Shown: positions 9,366 to 19,419 of the stretch, in pieces | Position numbering within the stretch: the first letter of the stretch is position 1 | How the letters are laid out: each line of letters begins with the position of its first letter | Source of the DNA: Clostridia bacterium | GTDB lineage: Bacteria; Bacillota; Clostridia; Oscillospirales; CAG-272 | Length of the DNA: 64,000 bases | Direction: 5' to 3' | Assembly (NCBI GenBank): GCA_017473085.1 | Contig: JAFUNF010000012.1 | Location: 29,415 to 93,414, forward strand | The notes under the pieces: model-generated | Database searches by the model: none | Seen by the model: the letters and a program-made list of their open reading frames with translations, nothing else | Told to the model about the DNA's origin: nothing | Position numbers and translations under genes: made by a program

Positions 9366-9456
9366 CAACTGCTTCATATTAACGCAGTTAATGCTTTATT
9401 AAAAGGATTTCTTCCATAAATACATCAAAGCAAGGCTGAAATTCAGCCTTGCTTTT
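9366..9456 (+). repeat. Degenerate copy of the ladder-element 3' end plus its downstream hairpin
   Basis: CAACTGCTTCATATT..TTAAAAGGA matches 8263-8304; AAGCAAGGCT..CCTTGCTT matches 8383-8409. Confidence 0.65.
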
Positions 9457-9485
9457 CTTATATCTCTTGTTTTGTTAATATAAAA

Positions 9486-9514
9486 TGGAGACAAGGAACC
9501 GTCCCCTGTCTCCA
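9486..9514. repeat. REP-like palindrome TGGAGACA-AGGAACCGTCCCC-TGTCTCCA
   Basis: 8-bp perfect stem with a GC-rich loop in AT-rich intergenic DNA. Confidence 0.5.
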
Positions 9515-9533
9515 CACACGTCACAGTGCCATT

Positions 9534-10037
9534 TTAAGAAATTTTCTTTCTTATCACTGCGAATAATACTATGCCACTAATGTACAAAACTTCAGCAATT
9601 GATAAAAAAATAATTCCTGTAACTAACTGTTTAGACTGCTCTTCATTGTAATCAGCCATTGTATAATAAACTTGTGAAGAATCGTAAGCTTCTACTATCC
9701 TAAGATTTTCCCCATATATTGAATACATTTCGTGATATACAATAGTTATCTCTTTGTTTAATAGCGAGTCCGACAAATTTCTTGAATTATAACCTTTTAA
9801 TTGAGAAATTTTAATTTCCCACTCATAACGATTACCATTAGAATAAACATAAAACTCACTATATCTTCCTGCCCCTCCAATGTAATCTGCATTTTCAACC
9901 AATATTGTTTCTGTGTTTGTATTGTATATATCAACACTTTGCCTTTGATAGCAGGTTAATAAGAATAAAGCTATAATTATAAGTTGAATAACACATAGAA
10001 CAACTATTGCTTTAATGCTAATTTTCCTTTTACTCAT
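9534..10037 (-). CDS. Hypothetical membrane protein (N- and C-terminal TM helices)
   Basis: 167-aa ORF, GAGG RBS, own promoter. Confidence 0.7.
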   Translation of the reverse strand: MSKRKISIKAIVVLCVIQLIIIALFLLTCYQRQSVDIYNTNTETILVENADYIGGAGRYSEFYVYSNGNRYEWEIKISQLKGYNSRNLSDSLLNKEITIVYHEMYSIYGENLRIVEAYDSSQVYYTMADYNEEQSKQLVTGIIFLSIAEVLYISGIVLFAVIRKKIS

Positions 10038-10063
10038 TTTTACCTCGAATTACAATAGTTACA

Positions 10064-10107
10064 TTTATTATATCACACCATAATAAGCATTTCAACAAAC
10101 ATTTTTC
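10064..10107 (-). promoter_or_regulatory. Promoter module, copy 1 (shared with 19420-19461)
   Basis: Minus strand TTGAAA..TGGTGTGATATAAT; 16-bp identical core ATTATATCACACCATA. Confidence 0.65.
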
Positions 10108-10246
10108 AATCAAGTTTGGCAATTTATGTTATACTACAAAATTTGGAATATTTCAAGTAGTTTTATATCATTAGATATAAATATCTGTTAATGTGTAAAG
10201 AAATTGCGGTTGATGTTTATCATATTACCATTTTTTGCTTTGAAAA

Positions 10247-10288
10247 AGAAAAAGCCACTACGGGAAATTTTCCGTAATGACTTTTTCT
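10247..10288 (-). terminator. Terminator downstream of the LRR gene
   Basis: AGAAAAAGCCACTACGG..CCGTAATGACTTTTTCT. Confidence 0.65.
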
Positions 10289-10409
10289 TAAACCCATCTG
10301 ATCCGTATCGGTCTTTACCCAGTGTTCACTTTTTGTCCCTATGAGTAAAACCGCTTCTCTATATGGCTTTTTTATTATCTAATGTCCATTATCATTTTAT
10401 GTTGGAGGC

Positions 10410-12680
10410 TTACCCTACAAGGTCTTTATATGAAACAAAGCAATATTTCTCATTTTCTTTTGGTGTGCCTGCTTGAAGATAGGAATATTCTGTTGCTTCA
10501 CCATCTGTTGTTACTACATATGCTCCCATAGCAAGCTCAATTTCCTTATATTCATCTGTAAAGCCTACTATTCTAAGGTCAAACAGGTCGTACTTACAGG
10601 TAAAGTCAACACTGATTACGCCTTCTGACTTATTTCCGTCCTCGTCGAAAACGTCGTTTGTGCCAAGTCTATCCTTAACTACCGCAAAGACACCGTACTC
10701 AATGCTCTTGCCTGTTATGTCCTCGTAGTTCTTAATAGCCTTATCGTTTGCGGCAAAGCCAATGGTCATTCCACCTACTTCGTACTCGGTAGTAGAATAG
10801 CCGAGATTTACAAAAAGGGCGGGTGCAGATTCTTCCTTATTCAAATCCTCGCATCTTTCACACTTGTAGCTGTAGTAGCCGTCTGTTGCGTAGCTTTCGT
10901 AAATCAAGCCAACAAATATGGTGTGGCTATGACCGAGAGCTGTTTCAGCAGTCTCTTCTGCTCCCATAGAGATACCACAGAAGCAATACTTTGTATCAAT
11001 TTTGTTGGTTACACACGTTGCATCCACAGTTGTTACCTTTTCGCAAAGGTGAACTCCCTCTGAGTGAAAATAGAAATTGCGATTTGCGTTGCCTGTAGCT
11101 GTTAACGTGTCAGCAGTTACAGCATCATTTAAGAAATAATAATTAGATTTTGTATTTGAGTTTTGAAGGAATGAGGTTACTACGCCTTTGAATGCAAAGT
11201 TCTTTCCACTAAGATTATAGAATGTATATTGATGCGAAATAGTTGTGACACCCTCTGGGAATACTATTGTATCATTGAGTGCGTAACAGGAGTTAAATGC
11301 CTCGCTAAAGTTTGTAAGTCCACTTGGGAAATAATATATCTCTGGCTTTGCAGGCTTTTGACCACCCCAGTCATCCGTATCAAAGATACCATCGTACCAA
11401 TCTATCGTAAATGGCTTATCTGTAAAGTATAGCTTTTGGCAGCCATTGAAGCTTCCTATTGATGTTAGTTTATCCGGTAACCATAGAACCTCAAGACTTG
11501 AGCAATTAGTAAATACTTGTTTTGCATTTAATGACGTAATACCGCTTGGCAATGAAACAGCTACCATCTTTTTGTTGTCATAATAATCATAATTATTTAA
11601 TGTGCCGGTAATACCACAGTTATTATAGTCAATGTATTCTAAGTTATCGTTGTTTCTTAAAGCCTCTGCACCAAGAGTTTGAAGTGTGCTTGGAAGCTTA
11701 ATATACTTAATTGTATCAACGCCCCAAAGAGTGCTAACGCCAATTGCTTCAATTCCCTCAGGTAAAATTATAGCATACTTAACGGGCGCTTGACCTGCCG
11801 GATATATTGATTCAAGAATATCACAATCCTTAAATGCAGCATTACCTATAGATGTAAGTGATGTAGGAAGCTCAACTGATACAAGGTTAACACATTGATA
11901 AAAGTCAAAATTTCCTATAGATAAAAGGTTGCTTGGAAGCTTAACCTCTTGAAGCTGTTTACATTGATTGAATGTATAACCCGGAAGAGTTGGATCCTTG
12001 CTTTCATTGGAAAAGTGTTCAATTGGAGCCCAATTTTCTGCAAATTCCACCTTTACAAGTCCGGAATATTCAAATGCTGATGTGTCTCTGAAATGTGCAT
12101 TTTGTGGAATGTAAAGCTCCTTTAAATTAGGGCAGTTTGCAAGGCAAAATTTATTAAATGCAAGCTTTCCTGTATGTGCTTTTGGAATATCAAATACTGT
12201 AAGGCTTTGGTTTTTGTTAAATGCACTTCCGTTAATGTATGCAAGTGAGGTGTTGTTGTAAATTGCCTGAATTGGCAAGCTGGACCAGTCGCCACTAAAC
12301 ATATTAATTGAGCTTCCCTGTAGGTTTATAAGTATCATATTAGCTATGCCATATGTTACGCTTTCGTCGGCAAATTTTACAGGTGTGTTCTGGGTAAAAT
12401 CATTACCTGCCGGTAACGGTGTTACGCCATCAGCCTGCGTAAAAATAACCTCTGTTCCTACTCTAAAGCTCTCATATTTAGCGTTTTCGCTATCATAGAA
12501 CCAAGCAAGTGGATAAAATGTGTCGCCCTCCTTTTCGTAAAGTGATAGCTCAACATTGTCAGCAGTTACATATGTCTTATCGTAATATGAAGCGTATGGG
12601 TCTTCTGCTGAAGCAGAAATTGCAAAAAGACATACAAGCATAGCTACTGCCAATGCGACTAAAAGAATTTTCTTTTTCAT
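10410..12680 (-). CDS. BspA-type (LRR_5) leucine-rich-repeat surface protein
   Basis: Signal peptide ending ASA; repeats L.SIG..AF..C..L..V.LP; Cys/His linker and C-terminal domain. Confidence 0.85.
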   Translation of the reverse strand: MKKKILLVALAVAMLVCLFAISASAEDPYASYYDKTYVTADNVELSLYEKEGDTFYPLAWFYDSENAKYESFRVGTEVIFTQADGVTPLPAGNDFTQNTPVKFADESVTYGIANMILINLQGSSINMFSGDWSSLPIQAIYNNTSLAYINGSAFNKNQSLTVFDIPKAHTGKLAFNKFCLANCPNLKELYIPQNAHFRDTSAFEYSGLVKVEFAENWAPIEHFSNESKDPTLPGYTFNQCKQLQEVKLPSNLLSIGNFDFYQCVNLVSVELPTSLTSIGNAAFKDCDILESIYPAGQAPVKYAIILPEGIEAIGVSTLWGVDTIKYIKLPSTLQTLGAEALRNNDNLEYIDYNNCGITGTLNNYDYYDNKKMVAVSLPSGITSLNAKQVFTNCSSLEVLWLPDKLTSIGSFNGCQKLYFTDKPFTIDWYDGIFDTDDWGGQKPAKPEIYYFPSGLTNFSEAFNSCYALNDTIVFPEGVTTISHQYTFYNLSGKNFAFKGVVTSFLQNSNTKSNYYFLNDAVTADTLTATGNANRNFYFHSEGVHLCEKVTTVDATCVTNKIDTKYCFCGISMGAEETAETALGHSHTIFVGLIYESYATDGYYSYKCERCEDLNKEESAPALFVNLGYSTTEYEVGGMTIGFAANDKAIKNYEDITGKSIEYGVFAVVKDRLGTNDVFDEDGNKSEGVISVDFTCKYDLFDLRIVGFTDEYKEIELAMGAYVVTTDGEATEYSYLQAGTPKENEKYCFVSYKDLVG

Positions 12681-12754
12681 TTTCTTTTCTCCTTTATAAA
12701 AAATTATTTAATTACTTGAATATAAAAATAGTGCATTTTGTTATGATTGATTAT

Positions 12755-13903
12755 TTACACTCTATTTTGTGTGTTCCAAGAAAGTGGCAGTGGTAAATTG
12801 GCTTTTGCGAACAAATTTGGCTCGATTACAGTCTCGGAGGGATGCATTCCAAAGATAAATCTTGTTGCGTCCGATTTCAAAAGCTCAAAATCACACTCGC
12901 CGTCATAGCTGACACAGCCACAACCATTTTCGTTTGCAAAAATTTTGATTTTACCATATTCTTTTATGGAAATAGTTACACTTCCCTGTACCAAAGGGGT
13001 GTAGCTCGCTTTCAATTTGATATAAGCATCAACCACTTTTTCAAAGTTTACTATATTAAAGTTTGATGGGATTTGTATGCTCATATACTCGGCACATTTA
13101 TTCATTTCTCTTACCAAAGCTATATCGTGCTGAGGCAGGGTTATTGAAAAATCGTCGTTTAAATAATTCGAAATTGCCACAACTGTGTCTAAATATGATT
13201 TCTTATCAATTGCATATGCCTCCGAAACTGTTTTCTTGTCAGGAGTCAAGGTAAAATAACCAATAGGTACATCATTTTTAGATACTAAATAGGGAGTATT
13301 TTTCCACGCTGTCATTACTCTGTACATTACGTCGTTATCATTTCTCAGCGTGCTTACCTTGTTTTGATGATATACTTTTCTTGAAAAGGTTAAAGACTTT
13401 TCATCATTTGGCAAAATCTCGGCAATCCTTGTATTTTGACCATAGCTTGAAAGCAGTGATTTTTTTGCATTATTTGGCGTTATGTAATAAGAGTAATTCT
13501 TGCCACAAAGCTCAAAGCCAAATCGCAAATATCTTGCTCTATTACCACCAAGCCGACAAGCATCATATTTCTCTTCTTTTACAATTTCCATAGCCTTGTT
13601 AAGCAAAAGGCTCATATAACCACGTCCCTCATAATCGGGATGTGTAGCAACGTTTCCAACAGTGCAGAATTTAATTTCACTATCCAAAACCTTAGTGGGT
13701 AACGGATAAACCCCTACAACAGAAACAAGCTTATTATCAACAAATAGTCCAACATGCTTTTTCATATGTGCATCATCTCTTACGCACATATTGGGCAGTT
13801 CCCTTTCAAAATCCATTATGCACTTATTCTGCTTTGAGAAAACAAGGTTTAAAAGTGAAATTAATTCATCATAATTTTCTTTTTTTAATCGTTTAATTTC
13901 CAT
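12755..13903 (-). CDS. Eis-like GNAT N-acetyltransferase
   Basis: VGNVATHPDYEGRGYMS acetyl-CoA motif, RYLRFGFE; 382 aa. Confidence 0.85.
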   Translation of the reverse strand: MEIKRLKKENYDELISLLNLVFSKQNKCIMDFERELPNMCVRDDAHMKKHVGLFVDNKLVSVVGVYPLPTKVLDSEIKFCTVGNVATHPDYEGRGYMSLLLNKAMEIVKEEKYDACRLGGNRARYLRFGFELCGKNYSYYITPNNAKKSLLSSYGQNTRIAEILPNDEKSLTFSRKVYHQNKVSTLRNDNDVMYRVMTAWKNTPYLVSKNDVPIGYFTLTPDKKTVSEAYAIDKKSYLDTVVAISNYLNDDFSITLPQHDIALVREMNKCAEYMSIQIPSNFNIVNFEKVVDAYIKLKASYTPLVQGSVTISIKEYGKIKIFANENGCGCVSYDGECDFELLKSDATRFIFGMHPSETVIEPNLFAKANLPLPLSWNTQNRV

Positions 13904-13913
13904 TTTTTCTACC

Positions 13914-16778
13914 TTAGTCTTTTCTCTTTATAATTGCAATAGCACTTTCGGAATTAATTGTGATATTGATTTTCGAATTGACAACAGGCGACACCTTGCC
14001 TTGTCCGTAATATTTAACCTCATCATAGCTGTCAAACGGGGCATCGTACGTTAAGGTGTATTCCTTTTTGTCGCAATTAGTAATAAGCATAACTATATTT
14101 TCATCATTTTCCCAACAGGATGAAAGGATCAAGGGGGCTTTATGTACGTCGGAAAAGCCGATTGCACTGTCTGTGATAAACGTTGGAATGAAATCACTTG
14201 TTTTTGGTGGACGAAGCATTTTTCCGTAGTTGAAATAATCCTTGAAATCATATCTCATTTGGCACATACGGGATAAATACACCATTTTTTCATCGTCATC
14301 AACAATATCGGCATTAATCCAACCGATTTGTTGACCAAACATAACGCTTTGACCCACGTGAAATCTGAAATATTCCTTGTCTGCTTTTTTGTATCCGTTG
14401 GTGCTTCTGCCAAACATAACCACATGACCTGCATAAATTTTTGAAAAGAATGGCACGTAGTTTGTTGCAACCCACGCCCAGGTTAGAAATCCGTCAAATT
14501 GGTCGGCATAAGGCTCGGCATTACATTCGCTTGTGAAAATGCAATTGTTATAGCATTCTTCCTTGAGTCGTGACATAATGCTCTTGTAGGAGCGTACCCA
14601 CCAAGAGCCACCTCCTCCCTCGTGATTGTGATGAGGAGCACAGCATAAATTTGCATCAGATGCACTAACCTGATCAAGATAAACGCCATCAACATGACAT
14701 TCCTTTGACAATTTTCTAATGATTTCTGCAAGTGCTTTGCGCCATATATGACTTGAAGGACACATTGCAGCAAGCTGACAAAGCGAACCATCTGGCTCGT
14801 GTGAGGCATAGGTTTCAATACATAAGTTTCCATCTACGTCAAGTGTTGCACCCTCTAAAAATTCTCTTTCAAATTTTTCGGTTGAAAGGTCGCTTGTTCT
14901 TGTATCAACAAGTCGAGCATTGATATATGGCATTACATAAATGTTGTTTTTGTGAAAACCCTCTATGCTTTCCATAAATCCCTCTTTTACAGGGAAATAG
15001 TATGGATAGTCATTGTTAAATGGAATTTTGTGCCAATTGTAAATATGATAACCGACAGGGAGTCCAAGCTTTTTGGCAAATTCAATAGGCTTGTTTTTCC
15101 AATCGTCTGGCTTTGGTGGAATTAGGCTCCTTAAAGAAATTGGAACAGGCTCTGCCTCGGGATTGTCGTTAGGCATCCAGTCCATAAGCCAAACAGGAAT
15201 GTCCTTAAACCAGCTTGGAGTATCGTATCTACCGATTGGAGCATACCATTCTGCGTGATTTTTAACATATTCCTCGTATATACACGCCATATCGTACCAG
15301 TCACCATCTAAAGCTCGCATAACAACCTTGCCCACCGGCTCGTAAGAGTTGTATGCTTTTCCCATTGAGGTACTTGGATATTCAAACAAAAAGCTTCCCT
15401 CTCCACGTCTGAACATATCGCATCTCATATCACATCTTTCAGCGACAGGAGAATGAACAGCTACGTAAAGTCCATTTGCCTTCTCTTTTGTTGGCTCGTA
15501 AATTCCAAGCACTGGAGAAACACAACCGAAGCCGTTAGGATAATGTGAGTTCCAATGCACCTCTTTTTCGTAGGCACTTGCGAAAATTTGTCCACTTGCT
15601 TGTGGTATAAACAGATGTGGCTTTTCATATCCAACAAAGGAAATTGACGGAACGGATGCTGATAATACTGTGTAATCAGGCGAATCGTTTATAACCTGTA
15701 AACCAAAGGTGATTTCATCCTTTCTGTAAGCCCTAATGGTAATAATCACACGAATTGGTATCGAATGAGGAAATTCAAAAACCACACGAAGCTCGTTTTT
15801 GCCACTCCAAGCATTAACGTTATCCCAGCCACGCTCAGAGGAAAAGCTTTCAACCTCTCCTGTTTTAAGATTCTTTATTTTAAGAGTAGTCATAGGGTTT
15901 ACACAAGGCTCATCTGTGGGCTTATAGTCTAAAAGTGAGGTTTTGGCAAGTGAAGCACCGTCTTGTCTAACATAAATTGCACTTGTAAGGCGACCACTTG
16001 TAATTTCGTATCTATCGCCGATTATTTTTGTAACCCTTTCAAACGTCTCGTTTGTGACGGTTGGTAATACAGGCTTCCCCTCTCCAAAGGAAATAACAGA
16101 TGATAAAGCATAGGACTCACTTAGCATATTTAAAAAGAAATCTATTTTTGTACCTACATTGCTTTTTAGTGAGCAAAATTCAACCTCGTTGTCCCCTGAA
16201 AGATATGGAACGACTGTATTAACGCTTTTTGGTGCAAAGGATGTACAGCCTGCGTTTGATAGCATAACATAGCCGTAATCATCACACAAAGCACCGTTTG
16301 AAAGTGTAATTTGGTGAGTTATATCATTAACACCAACCGAAAAATCAGGCTCAAAGCCTTGACAGGTGTTAAACTTATTTCTCTCAAATTTTAAATCCAT
16401 CCAAGACATCATATGAATAGGTAGCCTAATGGTTGACGTAAAATATGTACGGACACGAAGAGCGTTGTCACCACATATTTCAAAGCTATAGTGAGCCATA
16501 ACGGGACCTATTGGTGTTTCTTTTTCATCTGTTGGACAGGTGTGAACTATTAAAGAATTCTCCCCCTCTTCAAGCTCCATTAAAGAGCCAAGCGTATTGT
16601 AATATCCAACAGTTTTTAAGGTGTCCTTTGAGAAAAATCTGTATTCGTGTTCTCCGTTTGTTATGGTGTAATATAAATTGCCATTTTCAAAATCAAGGTT
16701 TAGCATAAAGCCGTTTTTGAATTTGAAGGTTTTTAAAAATCGCATAATAAATCTCTTTTCTAAATCGTTAAATGTCAA
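13914..16778 (-). CDS. Large protein with a C-terminal DUF6259-like putative glycoside hydrolase domain
   Basis: YNWHKIPFNNDYPYYFP, MPYINARL, DGVYLDQV and SECNAEPY motifs; TTG start overlaps the murQ stop. Confidence 0.6.
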   Translation of the reverse strand: MTFNDLEKRFIMRFLKTFKFKNGFMLNLDFENGNLYYTITNGEHEYRFFSKDTLKTVGYYNTLGSLMELEEGENSLIVHTCPTDEKETPIGPVMAHYSFEICGDNALRVRTYFTSTIRLPIHMMSWMDLKFERNKFNTCQGFEPDFSVGVNDITHQITLSNGALCDDYGYVMLSNAGCTSFAPKSVNTVVPYLSGDNEVEFCSLKSNVGTKIDFFLNMLSESYALSSVISFGEGKPVLPTVTNETFERVTKIIGDRYEITSGRLTSAIYVRQDGASLAKTSLLDYKPTDEPCVNPMTTLKIKNLKTGEVESFSSERGWDNVNAWSGKNELRVVFEFPHSIPIRVIITIRAYRKDEITFGLQVINDSPDYTVLSASVPSISFVGYEKPHLFIPQASGQIFASAYEKEVHWNSHYPNGFGCVSPVLGIYEPTKEKANGLYVAVHSPVAERCDMRCDMFRRGEGSFLFEYPSTSMGKAYNSYEPVGKVVMRALDGDWYDMACIYEEYVKNHAEWYAPIGRYDTPSWFKDIPVWLMDWMPNDNPEAEPVPISLRSLIPPKPDDWKNKPIEFAKKLGLPVGYHIYNWHKIPFNNDYPYYFPVKEGFMESIEGFHKNNIYVMPYINARLVDTRTSDLSTEKFEREFLEGATLDVDGNLCIETYASHEPDGSLCQLAAMCPSSHIWRKALAEIIRKLSKECHVDGVYLDQVSASDANLCCAPHHNHEGGGGSWWVRSYKSIMSRLKEECYNNCIFTSECNAEPYADQFDGFLTWAWVATNYVPFFSKIYAGHVVMFGRSTNGYKKADKEYFRFHVGQSVMFGQQIGWINADIVDDDEKMVYLSRMCQMRYDFKDYFNYGKMLRPPKTSDFIPTFITDSAIGFSDVHKAPLILSSCWENDENIVMLITNCDKKEYTLTYDAPFDSYDEVKYYGQGKVSPVVNSKINITINSESAIAIIKRKD

Positions 16779-17605
16779 TTACAAGCTTTGTGCTTTTGAA
16801 CAGCCTTCCTTATATTCCAACCGGATTCGTCAAGTAATTTTCTTGCCTCGGTTTCGTTTACTCCAATGATTTCAGTAACAATTCTTATCATACGTGACGT
16901 GAGCTTTGCGTTGGTAGGGCGTAAATTTATCATCATATTTTCATAGACGTTACCAAGCTTTATCATAGCTACGGTGGAAAGCATATTCAAGATTATTTTT
17001 TGTGCAGTACCTGCCTTCATACGTGTAGAGCCTGTGATAACCTCTGCTCCAGTGTCTGCAACGATTGAAGTCTTTGCACACTTGGTTATAAGAGTGTTTT
17101 CATTAGAGGTAATCCCTATTGTTTCACAGCCTAACTCGTTAGCATAATCAAGCGCTCCTACTATGTACTGTGCATTTCCAGATGCAGATATTCCAACTAC
17201 AACGTCAACCTTTGTAAGATGCTTGTCCTTTAAATCCTTAATGCCACATTCATAATTGTCTTCTTCTGCCTCGGCAGCTTGAAACATACATTTTTCTCCA
17301 CCTGCAATAATACCGATTACCATATCTCTTGGTACTCCAAAGGTTGGTGGACACTCGGCGGCATCTAAAACACCAAGTCTGCCTGAGGTTCCTGCTCCAA
17401 TATAGATGAGTCTGCCACCACATAATAGCTTTTCTGCGATTATATCACAGGCAATTTCAATTTTGTCAAGCACCCTACTTACCGCAAGCACTGCATTTTC
17501 ATTTTCCCTTTGAATGCATTCAAGCATACCAGCAGTTGTCATACGGTCAATATTTGTGGTGTTAGAATTACGCATCTCTGTTTTTAATATTTTTTGTTCA
17601 CTCAT
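16775..17605 (-). CDS. murQ: N-acetylmuramic acid 6-phosphate etherase
   Basis: GAGTSGRLGVLDAAECPPTFG and GSTRMKAGTAQK; start moved to ATG 17605. Confidence 0.95.
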   Translation of the reverse strand: MSEQKILKTEMRNSNTTNIDRMTTAGMLECIQRENENAVLAVSRVLDKIEIACDIIAEKLLCGGRLIYIGAGTSGRLGVLDAAECPPTFGVPRDMVIGIIAGGEKCMFQAAEAEEDNYECGIKDLKDKHLTKVDVVVGISASGNAQYIVGALDYANELGCETIGITSNENTLITKCAKTSIVADTGAEVITGSTRMKAGTAQKIILNMLSTVAMIKLGNVYENMMINLRPTNAKLTSRMIRIVTEIIGVNETEARKLLDESGWNIRKAVQKHKACN

Positions 17606-18731
17606 TTCTATTTCTTTCCTTCCAAAGAGCTTTTGCAAGCTCCAAAGCCCCCTGAACGGGTGGTACGGATAAAATTTGAATATTACATTTTTTTGCATCA
17701 TCTCCAAGAGCCTCAAAAAGATATGGTAGCAAAAGCTCTTGGTTAGTCAAGCCACCACCAAGTATAACAGGAATTTTCTCATTATAGGTTGAAAAATGAG
17801 AAAGGGATACACGAATAAGTCGGGCAATTTCGGCTATATTTTTCTTAAGTATAGCAACAGATACTTGGTCTCCCTTTTCGGCTTCCTCAAAAACGCACAT
17901 TGCATATGAAGACACCACTTTATTTCCACCATTATACAAATACTTAATAAAATCTGCGTTTGAATAGTTAAAGGTTTGTTTAATCCTTTGTACTAAGGTT
18001 GTTTCCTCACCAGAGCCATCATATGCGGAAAAATACGCATTTATGGCATCTCTGCCAATATGAAAGGAGCTTCCACCATTGTCAAATAAATATCCCCAGC
18101 CTGCAATTCTTTTTGTTTCTTCCTTTTTAACTACGTAAGAACAAATCCCCGTACCAAGAATCATTGTAATTCCCTCGGTATCGCCAAGACCTGCAGAAAC
18201 TATATTGTTATTATCGCTACCTACATCACAGGAGGCAAAGGACATTTTTTCCAGCATAGATTTAATTTCATCTGCATAATTACCTGATGCACAGCCTGCA
18301 ATTCCTGCATATACCACGACAGACGAAAGTGGAACATCCTTGCATACCTGAAGAATACCATCCTTAATTATGCGTTTTGTTTGCTCTATACCAACAGAAT
18401 TAGGATTGCAACCATCCATAAAAAGTCGACAAACAATCTTGTCTTCAATATCTTGCAGTGCAAACTCTGTCTTAGTTCCGCCTCCATCAATTCCGAGATA
18501 ATATATATTCTCGTCACATCTAAACAACTCCACTATACTCACGTGAAATATGTTAGCTACTCTAAAAAGTGCCTCAATAGATGGAACACTTCCCTCGGTT
18601 TCCCATTTGCTTACTGTTTTTTCTGAATATCCCATAGCATCTGCTAATTCTTTTTGTGTCATTCCCAGCTTTTTACGAAATTTACGCACATTTATTGAAA
18701 AAGCTTTTTCATAATTGAAATTGTTTGGCAT
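17598..18731 (-). CDS. XRE HTH fused to a BadF/BadG-type GlcNAc/MurNAc kinase (MurK-like)
   Basis: N-terminal TQKELA..YSEKTVSKWE; then LGIDGGGTKT, ILGTG, GWGYLFDNGGS and GGGL. Confidence 0.85.
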   Translation of the reverse strand: MPNNFNYEKAFSINVRKFRKKLGMTQKELADAMGYSEKTVSKWETEGSVPSIEALFRVANIFHVSIVELFRCDENIYYLGIDGGGTKTEFALQDIEDKIVCRLFMDGCNPNSVGIEQTKRIIKDGILQVCKDVPLSSVVVYAGIAGCASGNYADEIKSMLEKMSFASCDVGSDNNNIVSAGLGDTEGITMILGTGICSYVVKKEETKRIAGWGYLFDNGGSSFHIGRDAINAYFSAYDGSGEETTLVQRIKQTFNYSNADFIKYLYNGGNKVVSSYAMCVFEEAEKGDQVSVAILKKNIAEIARLIRVSLSHFSTYNEKIPVILGGGLTNQELLLPYLFEALGDDAKKCNIQILSVPPVQGALELAKALWKERNRNE

Positions 18732-18761
18732 ATCTTCTCCTTATTTGCTTAGCTTAATTTT

Positions 18762-18836
18762 ATTATATTTTATTTATAATGAGTTGTCAACCGATTATTA
18801 CGAGTATCAATTTCAGAAATATCTACCACCAGTAGA
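18762..18836 (-). promoter_or_regulatory. sigmaA promoter and upstream TCTAC-N5-GTAGA palindrome
   Basis: TTGACA(18790)-17-TATAAT(18767); palindrome at 18822-18836. Confidence 0.65.
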
Positions 18837-18887
18837 GTTTTTGAAAATATGGCTAAGCAAAGCTAAACACATTCAACACGAATAAGG

Positions 18888-18915
18888 AAAAGGACACCAA
18901 GCTTGGTGTCCTTTT
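18888..18915 (-). terminator. Intrinsic terminator
   Basis: AAAAGGACACCAAGCTTGGTGTCCTTTT perfect palindrome. Confidence 0.8.
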
Positions 18916-18944
18916 GTTATGATGACCTCGTGGGAGAAATCATT

Positions 18945-19391
18945 TTATTTTTTCAATATAGAGTCTAATAACGCAATAGTCTTTTTTGCCGGCTTATAAA
19001 ATGCAAATAAAATCAATAGTGTTAAAAAGGTAGCAAATACTAATGACGCTAAAAGAAAAACAGGCTCAACAATTCCTATAATAGCTGGTACGACAATTGC
19101 TCCTAAGAACCATATAAGAAAGAAGGTTGCTGTAAATAAATTAAGTCTTGCAGTTATATTTATATCGCAACCTTCCATTTTGTCTTCTATTTTTCCTACT
19201 AAAATGGGAGCAAAAGAATTTCTTACATATTCTTTAGGCTTTTTGTGTATTCTAAACTCGCTATCGCTTATTTGCCCAATAAAAATATCATTGGCTTTAT
19301 CTGTTGTGTTTGTAATTTCACTTAATCTTTGCACAACCTCTTTTTTGGTTAATGATGATTCTATTTTGCTTCGTACCTTTATAAAAAACAT
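18945..19391 (-). CDS. Hypothetical membrane protein
   Basis: 148 aa, C-terminal TM hairpin, GAGG RBS. Confidence 0.7.
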   Translation of the reverse strand: MFFIKVRSKIESSLTKKEVVQRLSEITNTTDKANDIFIGQISDSEFRIHKKPKEYVRNSFAPILVGKIEDKMEGCDINITARLNLFTATFFLIWFLGAIVVPAIIGIVEPVFLLASLVFATFLTLLILFAFYKPAKKTIALLDSILKK

Positions 19392-19419
19392 ATCAGTTCC
19401 TCTTTACTTAGATTTACAG

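Noticed and set aside
10290-10375. Second small peptide downstream of LRR 10410-12680 (frame KKPYREAVLLIG...)
   Set aside because: No in-frame start codon or RBS; resemblance to the 55-aa peptide is too weak
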